A stretch of 64,000 bases of DNA, from NCBI RefSeq assembly GCF_009914755.1, contig NC_060929.1; one strand, given 5' to 3'. Position 1 is the first letter of the stretch, and each line of letters starts with the position of its first letter. Positions 1 to 15,103 of this stretch are shown here, piece after piece. Below the pieces are notes generated by a model that did no database searches, had not been told where the DNA came from, and saw only the letters and a program-made list of their open reading frames with translations. Position numbers and translations under genes: made by a program. Source of the stretch: the human T2T-CHM13v2.0 reference genome, Homo sapiens.

Positions 1-131
1 GCTCTGTCACTCAGGCTGGAGTGCAGTGGCATTATCATAGCTCACTACAGTCTCAAACTCCTGGACTCAAGTGATTCTCCTGCTTCAGCATCCAGAGTAG
101 CTGAGATTACAGGTATGATCCACCATGCCAC
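1..131 (-). mobile_element. Alu monomer/fragment (FLAM/AluJ-like), cut by window start
   Basis: caggctggagtgcagtggc...ctcaagtgattctcctgcttcagc...gattacagg, the antisense Alu pattern. Confidence 0.85.
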
Positions 132-580
132 GATTTTATGGTATTTTCAATCAGAGGCAAGTGAAGTTTCTTAATGGGAAAGGGAGCTAACAATGTTAGT
201 AAGAGCATTCTTAGGAAAACAACAAAGTTCAATGTACCATTTGCTGTAATGTATACTCCTAGCCTATTTCTCAGGGTACTTTTTAGGAAATAGCTGAAAT
301 TGATAAAAGAAAAACAATCTCTGTACAAACTAAGCCAGAATGAGAATGAAAGCAACATGAAACCTCTATAGAAAAAGCCAAATTTAATAAAAAGTATTTA
401 ATTGGAATGAAGAAACAAACCCAAAATGTAGGAAGTAATAATACACACTTGACAAAGTACTTCAGCACTGACAAGAAGCCATACAGCCAGAGAACAAGTT
501 TTTCCAAGAGTCAAATAATGTTGAAGGTACTAAGTATCCCTCTCTACTGCTTCCCTGTCTACTGCTTCCTAAATTATCAT

Positions 581-652
<72 letters not shown>
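581..652. repeat. Compound (TC)n(TG)n microsatellite
   Basis: Directly visible dinucleotide runs. Confidence 0.97.
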
Positions 653-655
<3 letters not shown>

Positions 656-704
656 CTCATGGTTGGAGGGGTTGCTCTTAATTTTTTTTTTCTTCTTTGA
701 CCTA

Positions 705-1072
705 TGCTATGGTTTAAATGTATCCTCCAAAGTTCATGTGCTGGAAACTTAATTTCCAAGGAAATAGTGTTGAGAGGTGAGACATTTAAGAGGTGATAGA
801 TCATGAAGGCTCTGCCCTCATGAAAGAACTAATGCTGTTTTTGCAGAAGTGGGTTTATCGTAAAGGAATGAGTTTTGATCCCTTCTTCTCACTCTCTCAT
901 GCTGTCTTTTTCTTACATCTTCCACCACGGGATGATGCAACAAGAAGGCCCTTACCAGATGCCAGCACCTTAATATTGAACTTCCCAGCCTGCAGAACTA
1001 TGAGAAAAAAATATCTTTTCTTTGTAAATTACCTAGTTTGTGGTATTCTGTTATACCAATACAAAATTGACC
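705..1072 (+). mobile_element. MaLR solo LTR (MST family, MSTB-D-like)
   Basis: Starts tgctatggtttaaatgt; contains gatgcaacaagaaggccct...gaacttcccagcctgcagaac...aattacctagtttgtggtattctgttata. Confidence 0.85.
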
Positions 1073-2623
1073 ATTTCCTGAGTCAGTTTGGTCAATTTTG
1101 AAAGTATGGATTTGATGCACAATATAATTACTAAGTTCTGATTTGAAAATTTTAGCTATCTCTGCACTGTAAAATATAACTCAACAGGGCACTTATTGTC
1201 AGCTACTCCGAGTGACAACTGCTAAGGATATTTATAAAAAATATGCTGCAAGTGTCCCTGCATGGGCCTATTTATCTGAAGGCATCCTGAAAAATGTTAA
1301 TAATGAAATACGACTGTTTCATCTGAATCGAGTTTGCATAGTTTATTAGACATTGCAGAATATTTTATTGCAAAATGAAGTGTGATTGTCACTAATGTTA
1401 TAACTGAGAGTGCTCTGGTTTAAAGTGTCTGATTCCCTTATCCCAGGATTGGGATTTGTTTTGTAATCTTTATGAAAAGAATAGCATTTTCATAAAATAA
1501 ATTTAACTAGATTTTCTTGCATTTGAGACAACCAATAGAGTACCATTTTTGATCCTTATAACATGAACGTGCAGAAAACACAATTGATAATTCTTTATTT
1601 GATGTGGAGTGTGCTTTTCCTACACAAAACATAATGTTTAGACATGCTAAAAGACCTTGAGAAGTATGAATAAATTTATTAATGCTTTCTTTTTAAAAAA
1701 GATCTTCCTCTCTAATAAAAAAAGTTTCTTTAGAAGATGTTATAAACTTGCATTTGACAAAGAAAATCTGAGCTAAGTTCAAAAGCTATTAAACATTTCT
1801 ATTAAAATATAATGATCAAAGGAATGTGCATATATATGTTAAAAAATTTATATTGTAATGATGATAAGGAGAAAGATTCTAAGACAAAAAACAAAGCTAT
1901 TAAGATTAAAATATGCCTGTTGGAAATCCTATTCAGGCCCACCTGAGGAAATAATGAGTATCATCAGACATACAGGTTCACATAATTTCACTCTTAGCTT
2001 AGGATATTTAGCCTATTAACAGAGAATACTTGTTAGAATGTATAAGTTCTTACAGCAAAAATTATATAGCATACATTTATGCATTAATTAATTTTCACTG
2101 AAGATGTGGAGCAGCAGCACCTTGCCTGATTTAAATATGAAACTTCTATTCTCTTGTATAAACGGTAAATGTTGCTTTATTAAGTTGATACTTAATTATA
2201 TTTCTGGCAATGATGTTGCTTAAGCCAGCAAAGAAGATAGAGTTTTAATGTTCTCATCCCTGTTTGTATCCATGAACTGACAACCTTTGCCTAGCCAGAG
2301 GTTTAAGGATGTTTGAGAGAGTTGTATCCACAAGATACACACACAGGACATGCAAACAACTCTTGGGGAAATAAAAAGGGTATTTCCATCAGGGTAAAGA
2401 ACAGTTTAAACTCTTCAAAGGTAGTAAGTTAAATTATAATTAATTTACTACAAATTATACTTCTCTTTCTCTTCACTGCTCCCTTTGTTTGCCTGTGCAT
2501 TGTTTGTACATTTTTGCATAACCATTTCAAACAATATGAGTGCAAAAAATGGAAAATCAAAGTCTACTTCTCTAATACCTTAAACCCATCTTCTCACTCA
2601 TGATTCAATACATGAACACTTCT

Positions 2624-2938
<315 letters not shown>

Positions 2939-2973
2939 CTCTTTTTCTTATTACCAACTTTAAGCACTTTCTC

Positions 2974-3283
2974 TTTTTTGTTGTTGTTTTTTTTTTTGAG
3001 ACAGGGTCTCACTGTGTCACCTAGGCTGCAGTGCAGTGGGGAGATCTTGTCCCATTGCAGCCTCGAATCCCTGGGCTCAAGTGATTCTCCCACCTCAGCC
3101 TCCTGAGTATCTCAGATTACAGGTGCCCGCCACCACGACAGGCTACTTTTTTTTTTTCTTTGTAGTAGAGACGGGATTTCACTGTTTTGCCCAGGCTGGT
3201 CTCAAAATCCCGGACTCAAGCAATCCACCTGCCTTGGCCTCCCAGAGTGCTACAATTACAGGTGAGAGCCAACGCACCCAGCC
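2974..3283 (-). mobile_element. Alu (AluJ)
   Basis: Dimer with J-type ctgggctcaagtgatt and gacagggtctcact; tandem with the preceding Alu. Confidence 0.93.
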
Positions 3284-4875
3284 AGCAATGTCTTTTAATG
3301 TCCTGTTGGGAAAGACACAAAATTTACCTCAAAGTAGAATTCCTCAGAAACATACAATGCTTCATTGCCAACGACTAATATAAGTGACATTATTATTTTC
3401 AGCTGTTTTATTAGTAATTTCAATGACCTTAAATATCATATGTAACATCGTTTCTACTAACTCATTAAATTTAAGTAATATATGGTTTGTTTCCAGACTG
3501 AAAAGTGAAGAAATTTATCTGTTTATTGTTCTCTTCTACTCTACTTTACAACATTATCCCCCAGTCTCCATATACATATTTTTTATTTTAAATTATTTAA
3601 AATTATAGCACTTCCATTATCTTCCAAGATGCTTTGACTAGTGGCTAACGCCATAATTAAAAAGCAATAACCATTACTTGTAATATTATATATTTATTGT
3701 TCAAGAAACAATAAATGTGAATAAGCAGGTCCGGATGTGAGAAAATGTGCTTTTGAGTCCTTGGCCATTGTTTTGAGCTACTGTTACCTTCTTGCTAATT
3801 AATTTGATCATTTATTTCTCAAGGCTAGCTAGGTGCCTGAAATTTCTTCGGAAGGAACTCAATATTTTCCTTTATTTTCATTCTTGGGATTGTCGGGGGA
3901 GCCACAACCTCATTAGTGAAGCCTTTCAAACAATTCCAACTAAAGCGAACGCTGTCTTCTACTCTAGGAGCTGTCTATCACATAATAATGTTTTATTTTT
4001 CTCCATGGCAATTTAAAAACTGAAATTGTTTTTATTTTCAAAAATATTACCTGTATTACCTTTTTAAAATATACTGTATTATGGCAGGGAATTGCCCTCT
4101 AAATATCCCCAGAACCTTGAGTGAGTTCATAGAAAAATCAAGTGTATGCATTTTTTTTTTGGCATCACAGTGTGCTATCAATTAACAGGCAGCCCTACAA
4201 AGAAAAATAATAAATAAATAAACAATCTGGCGATCAGAGCACTTCTCTTTCTTTTGACAGATTAGAAGTTGACAAATAATTCAGGTCTAGTCAATAGAAC
4301 AAAAGGGAAAGTTTACCCTAGGAGATCTGGAAAAATTTACCTCCTTCTCTGAAAGAGAATCAGGAGACATCTGGTTCTATGAGGCTGCAGTATACTCTTA
4401 AGCTGCCACATCCCTTCTGCAGACAGAAAAAATAGTTTACATGCTGTTATTAACTGGGCACAGAGTGTAAGAACTAATTTCTAATAGTTGAGCCACTGAT
4501 TTATCAATTTACAGACACTTTCCTTCTGAGATTACTGTTTTCATAGTAATGTTAACCTTAGTACTTAAGCTTTTTAAAGTTTTCTTAATATTTAAGCTTC
4601 TTTTAGTTGGTCTTTTTGTTAATAGCAGCCCAAAGCATTATAACACATATAAACCTGTATCTCTGCTCCCCTTTTCAGCAAAAAAATTTAGACATATTGC
4701 ATTCCTGTGTTATCTCTACTTTTAGTTTACTTATTTCTTACTTTTAGTTCACTTTTTAACATGATATAATCTGATTTTCGTCTTTCTACTCCAAAATCTA
4801 CTTAGTAAATGATCATCAATGACCACCATGTTACCAATTCTAATGAAAAATATTGTATAAAAATTTGCATTGTAA

Positions 4876-5178
<303 letters not shown>

Positions 5179-6105
5179 AGAAGTTTTAAACCCAGAAAAC
5201 TTACTTGCATTCTTGGCTTTCATAGGAATTCAATGAGTATTTAGCCTTTATCTCTTGTTCTGTATGCTTCTTTTCTATAAGTTTCAAAATTTATAGACAT
5301 TTATAGAAATTAGGCATCCCTTATGGCTTCCTTTTTCACTTCTTAAATTCTAGTGTACTTTTTGTATTTCTTTCTATGATTATATATTATAATTTTACAT
5401 GCTTGACACCAAATACATATCTGAAATTCTTACTTGAATATCTGCTTGGCAGGTTAATCTGGATGTTTAATAGAATCATATACTTAATAATTACAACACA
5501 ACCTTTTGTTTCAACCTCCCATTTCAAATCTGGTCTTCTGCCTGAGTTTCCAGCAAATGGGATGGATTTCTATCTATGGGGTAATTGGAAAGAAGGAAAA
5601 CTGAGGCTTATCCTTGACACATCCTATATATAAATTCCCCATTTTAAGTCCAACAGCAAACTTTGCCAGTGATACATCATTACTACTGTTGTCCTCTCTA
5701 CTTTCCTCCATTTCCACTGTGAAAACCTTAGTTAAACCCACCAGGCATACATAATCTCTTACATGAGGAGTCAATGCCATGATGACTGTGAATAAAGCTG
5801 TTTAGACCAAACTTGAACTGTAATTGAAGAACAAACTGTACACTAAAAATATATATATAGTGTAACTGAAAGCGAAGGTTCAGCTGGGAGAATTACATTT
5901 TGGGGCTCATAAATGTAAACTGGGAAACACGAATAAAATGATGTTTTGTAATAGGAGCTGAACAGAAGATAATGAATAGGAAAAAATAAAAACAACACCC
6001 CAACCCTACAAATGCTAAAGTTAATCCCATGAGGGACCAAGGTAAGATACATTTATAAGGAAACAGACGTTATGAATAAACAGATGCTAAATAGTGAGAA
6101 AGATA

Positions 6106-6430
6106 TAGCCATCCCTCAGTACCCATGTGGGATTAGTTCCAGAACTCTTGTGGATACCAAAATCCACAGATGCTCAAGTCCTTTTTATAAAATGCTATAG
6201 TATTTGCATATAAACTGCATAATCTTCCCATTTACTTTAAGAATGTCTGGATTACTTATAATACCAAATGCAATGTAAATGCTATATACATAGTTATGAT
6301 GTGGTATTGATTTTATTGGTATTATTTTTATTGTAGTATTGTTCTTTTTCATTTTTATTTTTTCCTAATATTTTTATTGTGTTTGGTTGGATTCTCAGAT
6401 GAAGAAGCCAGGAATATGAAGGGCTGACTA
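6106..6430 (+). mobile_element. MER2 (TcMar-Tigger MITE)
   Basis: gataccaaaatccacagatgctcaagtcc...gtatttgcatataa...gaagggctgacta; degenerate TIRs, TA flanks. Confidence 0.88.
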
Positions 6431-7052
6431 TACATAACAGAATAAAAGACAATCTAATCAAAAGTAGAAGAGGAATAAAAAAAGTCAGTGAAGAAAAAAA
6501 CCTGTGAAAAAGCAACATTATTTATAACAGACAGGAAGAGAGGATGCTTCATCTAATATAGCTTCAGTAAATCACCCTTTTTAAAGCAGGGATTTGATGA
6601 GTTAAATTGTTTGCGTATAGGCTAAAGATAATAATTATTGCCTAACTTGTTTTTTCAATGTAACTCTGGTTACATTGTTGAAGTAGTATGCTGAACAGAT
6701 CAATAATTGTTACCAGTCTCTTCTCAAATGCTAATCCAATTTGCTATACTCTTTCCACATTATCACTTAGAAAGTGCTATTACCTAATCATTTAATTAGA
6801 TACATTGAAGGTGGCATTAATTTGCTGGATATTTCAAATTAATAGCATATAATTATATAGCTGCATTTAAAATTAAGACATGTAAATTAGTTTTGATTTA
6901 TCATTCTAAAATTGCTTAGTATCTTTAACATCAAACTTTCATTAAAATAATCCATGTTTAAAACTCAACAAATATTGAAAATCTCTTTGTGTGTGTGTTT
7001 GTGTGTCTACGTGCCGATGTTCAAACTCCTATGCATTAAAATCAGAACAATT

Positions 7053-7409
<357 letters not shown>

Positions 7410-7581
7410 TCAAAATTTTGAAACGTTGATAGTTTTAAATCTCAAGGTTCATATTTTTAAAATATTTTCTTCTGGTTATACTTGTAACAGAGTAAGGTGA
7501 TAGCTTTTAAAGATGCTGCAATAATTTTAAGAATATTGGTGTATTTTTTGCTGTGCTTTATTGAGAATTATTGTGTGTGTG

Positions 7582-7965
7582 TGCTATGGTTTGACTGTCT
7601 CCTTTAAAAGTCATGTTGAAGTGTATTGTCATTGTGACAGTATCGACAGGTGGGATCCTTAAAGAAGTGATTAAGCCATGTGGGCTCTACTCTCCTGGGT
7701 GGGATTTGTGCCCTCATAAAAGGGCCAGTTGAACCCTCTCTTGCTCTCGCATTCCTCTGTCTTGTGAGAACAGCGTTCCTCTCTTCTGAAGGATGCAGTG
7801 TTCATTGCAGCATCTGAGAAGCGGAGACTGTTCATAAAAAAACAGTGTAACAGCACCTTGATCTTGAACTTTCCAGTCTCCATAGCTGTAAGAAATAAGC
7901 TTTTCTTATTTATGAATTACCCAGTCTGAAGTATTTTGTTATCGCAGAACAAAATGGACTATGAC
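7582..7965 (+). mobile_element. MaLR solo LTR (MST family)
   Basis: tgctatggtttga start; caccttgatcttgaacttt; aattacccagtctg; ends aatggactatgaca. Confidence 0.85.
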
Positions 7966-9512
7966 AACATGTATTATTTTCTAAGAATGTGTGATAGGAA
8001 ACATATATTTTAAAGATATGTTCAATGACTTCTACATTGTAAATTCCTTCAAGAAATACATACACACTCTAGAGATTCATTAAGAAAAATTAGACTTCCA
8101 GTTTTTAGTTCAGCATGTAAAGAGCTTGGCATTCATTACTCTGTCCTAAATAGTGAAAGACTAAACAAATAAAAAATCAACAACTTTTTAAAAACCTATC
8201 AGTGAATTGAAGTCACAGGGCAAACTGCTGCCACAAATATTGGAAAGACAGACAAGCAGGCAAAGGGAACAGCAATTTACCGGAGCAAATCCTATAAGTA
8301 GAAACCTGCATAGGAACCAATACTGGAGTAGGAAAACCTAAACTGTAATTGATAAATTTCTAGAAGTTCACTGTGGACAAGTCTGAGAGTCAAAATCTCC
8401 AGGGGGATCCATTCATGGAGGAGGACACTTTTGTAAGCTTTACCTCCAGGAGCCCTACCGTGTTCTCACAGTGAAGATCAGAGAAATATCCTCATGTTTC
8501 CTGTGGAGGGAGAGGAAATGCAGACATTTCAAAATATGCCCAAAGTATCTTATTCTTAACACAGTCTACCCTCAAAAGAAACTATTTTACCAAATCCCAA
8601 GATACTGAGGTTTTATCAGAACTTGACCAACTTAGCAGAAGGGAAATACTCTATGCTAGCCTGCTCTAACTTGTCATGTGGGAGACGGGAAATACCCAAC
8701 TCCCATCCCTACTAGACATCCTTTTTCACCTAAGACTAGGGTTGGGCTGGGTGGAGGATTGAGTGGTGATTGTACAGGCTGATTAAAATCCTGAGTCCCA
8801 ATCATAGGACTATAGAATGCTTCCCCTGCCCTCACACCTTACCACCACATGACTAAAGGCCTATCCAGCAGAGTTTGTTTTATGTGGTATATCATTTTCA
8901 ACCTTTAACCAAAAATTACAAGGCATAGTAAAAGGTAAACATGCACACACACACACACACACACAGTATGAAGTGAAAGAGCAAACATTAGAACCAGACA
9001 CAGATATGACAGGAATGTTGGAATTATCAGACTGAGAATTTAAATAACTAGTATTAATGTGCCAAAAGCTCTACAGAAAAAGTAGACAGCATGCAAAACA
9101 TAGGGGTAGTGCAATAAGAGAGATGGAAATTCTAAGGAAGAATTAAATAGAAGTAAGAAGAATTAAAAAGAATTAACAAATGAAGAATGCCTTTGATGGG
9201 TTCATTAGTAGACTAGACACTGCTAAGAGTAAAAATATAAACTTGAGCATGTGTCAATGGAAACCTCCAAAACAGAGAAGGAAAAAATACTAAAAAAATC
9301 AGAATGGAATAGTCAAGAATTGTGGGATGACCATGAAAAATATAACATATATATAAAATGGGAATAAAGAAAAATGAAGAAGAAATATTTGAAGCAATAA
9401 TGTCTGAAAAATTCCAAAAATTAATGGCACCAATTTAAAAAGGTTATAAGAGCAGCTCAAAAAGAAGATGCTACATTTTCTGCAAGAAATTCTCTTCAAA
9501 TATAAAGACACC

Positions 9513-10425
9513 TGCAAAGGTCTAATGTTCAGAATCTACAAGGAACTTAAACAAATTTACAAGAAAAAAACAACCCCATCAAAAAGTGGGCAAAGGACAG
9601 GAACAGACACTTCTCAAAAGAAGACGTTTATGCAGCCAACAAACATGTGAAAAAAAGCTCAACATCACTGATCATCAGAGAAATGCAAATCAAAACCAAA
9701 ATGCGATACCATCTCATGTCAGTCAGAGTGGTGATTATTAAAAAGTCAAGGAACAAGAGATGCTAGTGAGGCTGTGGAGAAATAGAAAGACTTTTACACT
9801 ATTGGTGGGAATGTAAATTAGATCAACCATTGTGGAACACAGTGTGATAATTCCTCTAAGATCTAGAACCAGAAACACCATTTGACCCAGCAATCCCATT
9901 ACTGGGTATATATCCAAAGAAATAGAAATCATTCTCTTATATAGATACATGCACATGTATGTTAATTGCAGCTCTATTCACAATAGCAAAGACATGGAAT
10001 TAACCCCCATGCTCACCAATTATAGACTGGATAAATAAAATGTGGTACATATACACTACGGAATACTATGCAGTCATAAAAAGGAATGAGCTCATGTATT
10101 TTGCAGGGACATGAATGAAGCTGGAAGCCATTATCCTCAGCAAACTAACACAGGAACAGAAAACCAAACACCACATCTTCTCACTTACAACTGGGAGCTG
10201 AACAATGAGAACACATGGACACAGGGACAGAAACAACACTCACACAGTGTCCTTTTGTTGGGGGAGGCAGAGGAAGGGAAAGCATTAAGATAAATAGCTA
10301 ATGCATTCAGGGCTTGATACCTAGGTGATGGGTTGATAGGTGCAGAAAACCACCATGACACATGTTTACCTGTGTAAGAAACCTGCACATGTATCCTTGA
10401 ACTTAAAATTAAATTAAATTTTAAA
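9513..10425 (+). mobile_element. 5'-truncated L1PA 3' end (about L1PA10-13)
   Basis: gaatctacaaggaacttaaacaaatttacaag...ctaggtgatgggttgataggtgcag...acctgcacatgtatcc...aacttaaaattaaatt. Confidence 0.92.
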
Positions 10426-12237
10426 AATGCCAAGAAAAGTTGTGTGTTGACTATGAAAAGTGTAACATATGCATGATGGGAATAGAGAAAAACAAAGAAG
10501 AAATTTTGGAAGCAATAAGGTCTAAAAGTTTCCCAAAATTAATGGCACCAATTAAAAAACAGATTGTCAGAGTGGCTCAAAAAGAAGATAATATATTTTC
10601 TTCAGGAAATCTTCTTTAAATATAAAGACACATACAGATTAAAAATATATATAGAAAGATGTACCGTACTATTACTAAAAATAAAGCAGAAGAAGTTTTA
10701 TTAATTTCAGGCAGATTACACTTCAGAATAAGGAAAAGGGACATATCATAATAAAAGGGTAAATTCTCCTAGAAGACAACAATCATTCATGTGCATGGAC
10801 CTAACAGAGAGTAAAAATGCATGAGGTGAAATCTGGTAGAGCTACAAGGAGAAATAGATGAATTCATTATTGGAGAATTCAACACCCTTTTCTAAAAAAT
10901 AGAAACAGCCATCAGCTAGAAAATCAGTACCAGATATAGTTGAAATCTACAGATTACTTAATTAAATAAGAGTGGAACACACATTCTTCTCTAACTTACG
11001 TGGAACTTTCACCAAGATAGGCCACATTCTAGGCCATAAAGAAAACCATAACAAATTTAAAAGAAAAAAATCATGCAGTGTATGTTCTCAGATCACAATG
11101 GAATTAAACAAGAAATCAATAACAGAAAGATAACTGGAACATCCCCAAATACTTAGAAAGCACACAACGCCCTTCTAAATTGTACATAGATCAAAACAGA
11201 AACTCAAGAGAGACTTAAATATTTTGAACTAAATGAAAATCAAAGTAAAATTTTACAGGTTTTGAGTGATGTAGCAAAAGCAATGCTTAGAGGAAAATCT
11301 ATAGCATCAAATGCATATATTAAAGAAAAAATAAAATCAATAATGTATTCTTGCAGCATAGGAAACTAGAAAAAGATAGCAAATTTAATTCAAAGACAGC
11401 AAAATTAAATTGAAATCAAAAATTGATAGGGAAAATCAACAAAACAAAAAACTGGTTTTTGCAAAGATCAATAAAGTCAGTAAGCCTCCTGCCAGGCTAA
11501 CTGTGAAAAAACATAGAGAAGACACAAGTGACTAATATTAAACATGAAATGAGATACATCACTACAGATCCCATGGATATTGAAAGAAGGGTAATAGAAT
11601 AATATTATGAACAACTAGGTGCTCACAAATTTGAGAATCTAGATAAAATGGACCTATTCTTTGAAAAACACAATGTACAAAAATACACAAGAAGAAATAG
11701 AAAATTTTAAAAAGCCTGTAACTATTAACTAAATTTAATCAACAATTAGCAATCTTCCAGAAGTACCATCCTGAGGGGTTCACTAGCGAATTATAATAAA
11801 CACTTAAGATAAAAATTATACCAATTCTTTACAATTTATTCCAGAAGATAGAAGCCAAATGAATGCTTACTAATTCTGAGGCCAGCATTACCCTAGTAAC
11901 CAAAACTAGACAAAAGCAGTATAAGAAAACTACAGATCAATATATCTCATGAATATTGATGCAAAAGTTGTCCAAAAAATTAGAAGATCAAATTCAACAA
12001 CGTATAAAATGAATTACATACCATGATGAAGTGAAATTTATTTCAGACATACAAGGTGGTTGAACATTCAAAAATCAGTTAATCTAAACTATTACAGGAA
12101 CACACCAAAAAACAGGAAAAACTGATAATTCTTATCTATAGATGCAGAAAAATATCTGAAAGATTTCAACATTCGTTAATAATAAGAACACCTAGCAAAC
12201 TAGAAATAGATATATACTAATACAATGTTCTTCAACT

Positions 12238-12609
12238 TGTATTTGTCCATTCTCACATCACTATGCAGAACTACCCAAGACAGGGCAATTTATAAAGGAA
12301 AGAGTTTTAATTGATTCACAGTTCTGCAGGCTGTACAGGAAGTGTGGCTGGGGAGGCCTCAGGAAACAATCATATCAGAAGGTGAAGTGAAAAAAGGCAC
12401 ATCTTATGTGGCTGGAGAAGGAGGAAGCAAGTGAAGGGGGAAGTGCTACACACTTTTAAACAACCAGATCTTGTGAGAACTCACTCACTATCATGACAGC
12501 AGCAAATGGAATATCTGCCCCCATGATCCAATCACCTCACACTGGATGTCTCCTCCAACATCGAGGATTATAATTTAACATGAGATTTGGGTGGGGAAAC
12601 ATCATATCA
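12238..12609 (-). mobile_element. MSTA-like solo LTR inserted in L1M
   Basis: cacagttctgcaggctgtacaggaag...ttttaaacaaccagatcttgtgagaactcact...gagatttgggtgggg...catatca. Confidence 0.9.
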
Positions 12610-15103
12610 AACATCTGCAAAACACCTACAACTAATATTATAGTTAGTAGTGAGAAACTCATAGCTTTCCTGCTAAGATCAGGAAAGAGGCAAAGATACC
12701 CCTTCTTACCATTTCTTTTCAATAACTACTGGAAGTATTAGCTATCTAACAAGAAAAGGAAGAAAAAGAACAAAAGGTATACAGACTTGGAAGAAAGAAA
12801 ACTGTCTTTGTTTGCAGGTGACATGATTATCTATGTAGAAAATCTGAAGAAATCAACGGGGAGGTTTTAGGATACAAGGTTAATATACAAAAGCCAGTTA
12901 CTTTCCACTATACTAGAAATGAACAAGTGGAATGTGAGGGTAAAATACCATTTACACAATGTTATTTACACACAAAAATGAAATACTCGTTACAAATCAA
13001 ACTCTGTATGCAAGATACACATGAAGTAAACTATAAAACTGTGAGAAAACATATCAAAGAATAACTAAATAAATGCAGAGGTATTTTATGTTAGTGTATA
13101 GGAAGACTCAATATTATCAAAATAACACTTATTTCTAACTTGATCTATAGAGTCAATGCGATCCCAATCAAAGTCATAGCAAGTTATTTTGTGGATACTG
13201 ACAATCTAACTCTGCATGCACCAACAAAACACCCAGAATAGAAAACATAGTAGTGAAGGAGAGAGATACATTTGAAAGACAGATACTATCCAACTTCAAG
13301 ACTCACAATAAAGCTACATTAATCAAAAACAAATGTCATTAGTAAAAGAGTAGACAAAGGCACAATCCATGAAAGAAACATTAGATAAGCTAGACTTCAT
13401 TAAAATTAAAACTCCTGTTCTGTGAAAGATACCCTCAAGAAAATGTGAAGACAAGCCACAGAGTGAAACAAAATATTTTGAAAATGCATGTCTGATAAAG
13501 GACTATTTTTTAAAATATACAAAGCACTATCAATAAGAAAATGAACAACCCAATTTAAAAATTGGCAAAGGACTTGGACACTTCACCAAAGAAGATGTAC
13601 AGATGGCAAGTAAGCACAGGAAAATTGCTCCATATTTTCATTTCATTTATTTAATAATTGAAAATTAAAGCAGGAGATACTACTATTACAACTATAAGAA
13701 TGGCAAAAATTCAAAACGCTGAGAACTTCAAATGATGGCAAAGGTGGGGAGTAACAGAAACTCACAATAATTGCTGGTAGGAATGAAAAATATTACAGCC
13801 ACTTTTGAAGACACTTTGGCAGTCTCTTACAAAAGTAAACATATTCTTACTGATTATCCAGGAATCACACTCCTTGATATTTACCTAAATAGGTGGAACA
13901 TTTATGTTTCCACAAAAACTTGCACACAGATGTTTATACAAGCTTTATTCATAACTGCCAAAACTTAAGAAGCAACCTAGATGTTGAGTTGGTACATGTA
14001 CAATAAACTGTTCATTCAGAAAATGGAGTATTATTCAGCACTAAAAAGAAATAAGCTATCAAGTCACGAAAAGACATGGAGGAAATTTAAATGCATATTA
14101 CTAAGTGAAAGAAGCCAATTTGAAAAAAAATGATAGCTGCAAGGAGTTAGAGGGAAGAGAGTGATAGACAGTGCACAGAGGAATTTTAGCACTGTGGAAA
14201 TATTCTGCATGATTCTATAATGGGGGTTACATGTCATTAAACATTTGTCATAACCCATAGAATACACATCACCTGGAGTGTACCATAATATAAACTGTGG
14301 ACTGCAGGTAATGATATGTTTGTTCTTTTGTAACATACACAACATAACATACACAAGTGTATCATTACCTGCAGTCTATAGTTTATATTATGGTATACTC
14401 CGGGTGTTGTGTATTTTTAACATAAGTAACAAGTGTGTATTATATTTGTAACAAGTGCATCACTCTGGCGTGAACGTTGATAGTGAGAAAGGCTGGAGGG
14501 GAAGGGAGAGGGGAAATTAGTGAACTGTCTGTACTTTCTGCTTCATAGTGCAGTGAACCTATAACTGCTCTAAAAAGTGAAATCTATTTTTTAAAATATT
14601 TTCTATGTTGCTTCCTCAGATTTTACTTAGAAATGAATAATATAATGGAATGGAATATTGTTAAGCATATGTGATAGAGGAATTGTGAGATGATCAAAGT
14701 AATCTCACTTCTTTAAAAAGACTGTCCTTTCATTAGAATTTGTACGTGTAAATAGTCTTAGTTTTCTTCACAAAAGCAAAAATATTATTAGATGCTGCAG
14801 ATTTTTTATATGGATTGTTTTCTTGTTTCTTTTGTCTATGTAGAAACAAAACAAGAATAAAATAGGTATGTATAATAAATGTCTATTGCATATTTACAAC
14901 AATGTGTGATAGTTATATATTTTCATATTGCTTTAATTCATTAAAACCGGCAATGAAGTAGTAATTTGTTAGAGTTTAAGAAAATGGGAAAAATTGCTCA
15001 ATTCATTAGAAGAGAAATTTTGTAAAACCTAGAAATGAAAATATAAAAATATTAATAATCTCTAAAATATAATATTAATATTATGTATGTATACATGTAG
15101 CTC

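Larger units (their letters stand above)
8090..14595 (+). mobile_element. Old LINE-1 (L1MC/L1MD-like): 5' region, deleted ORF1/ORF2 remnants and 3' end, interrupted by L1PA and MSTA
   Basis: Degenerate ORF2 (tggagaattcaacaccc; ctcagatcacaatggaattaaa; tttgcaggtgacatgattatctatgtagaaaat = FADD region); 3' end gtactttctgct...gtgaacctataactgctctaaaaa. Confidence 0.8.
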
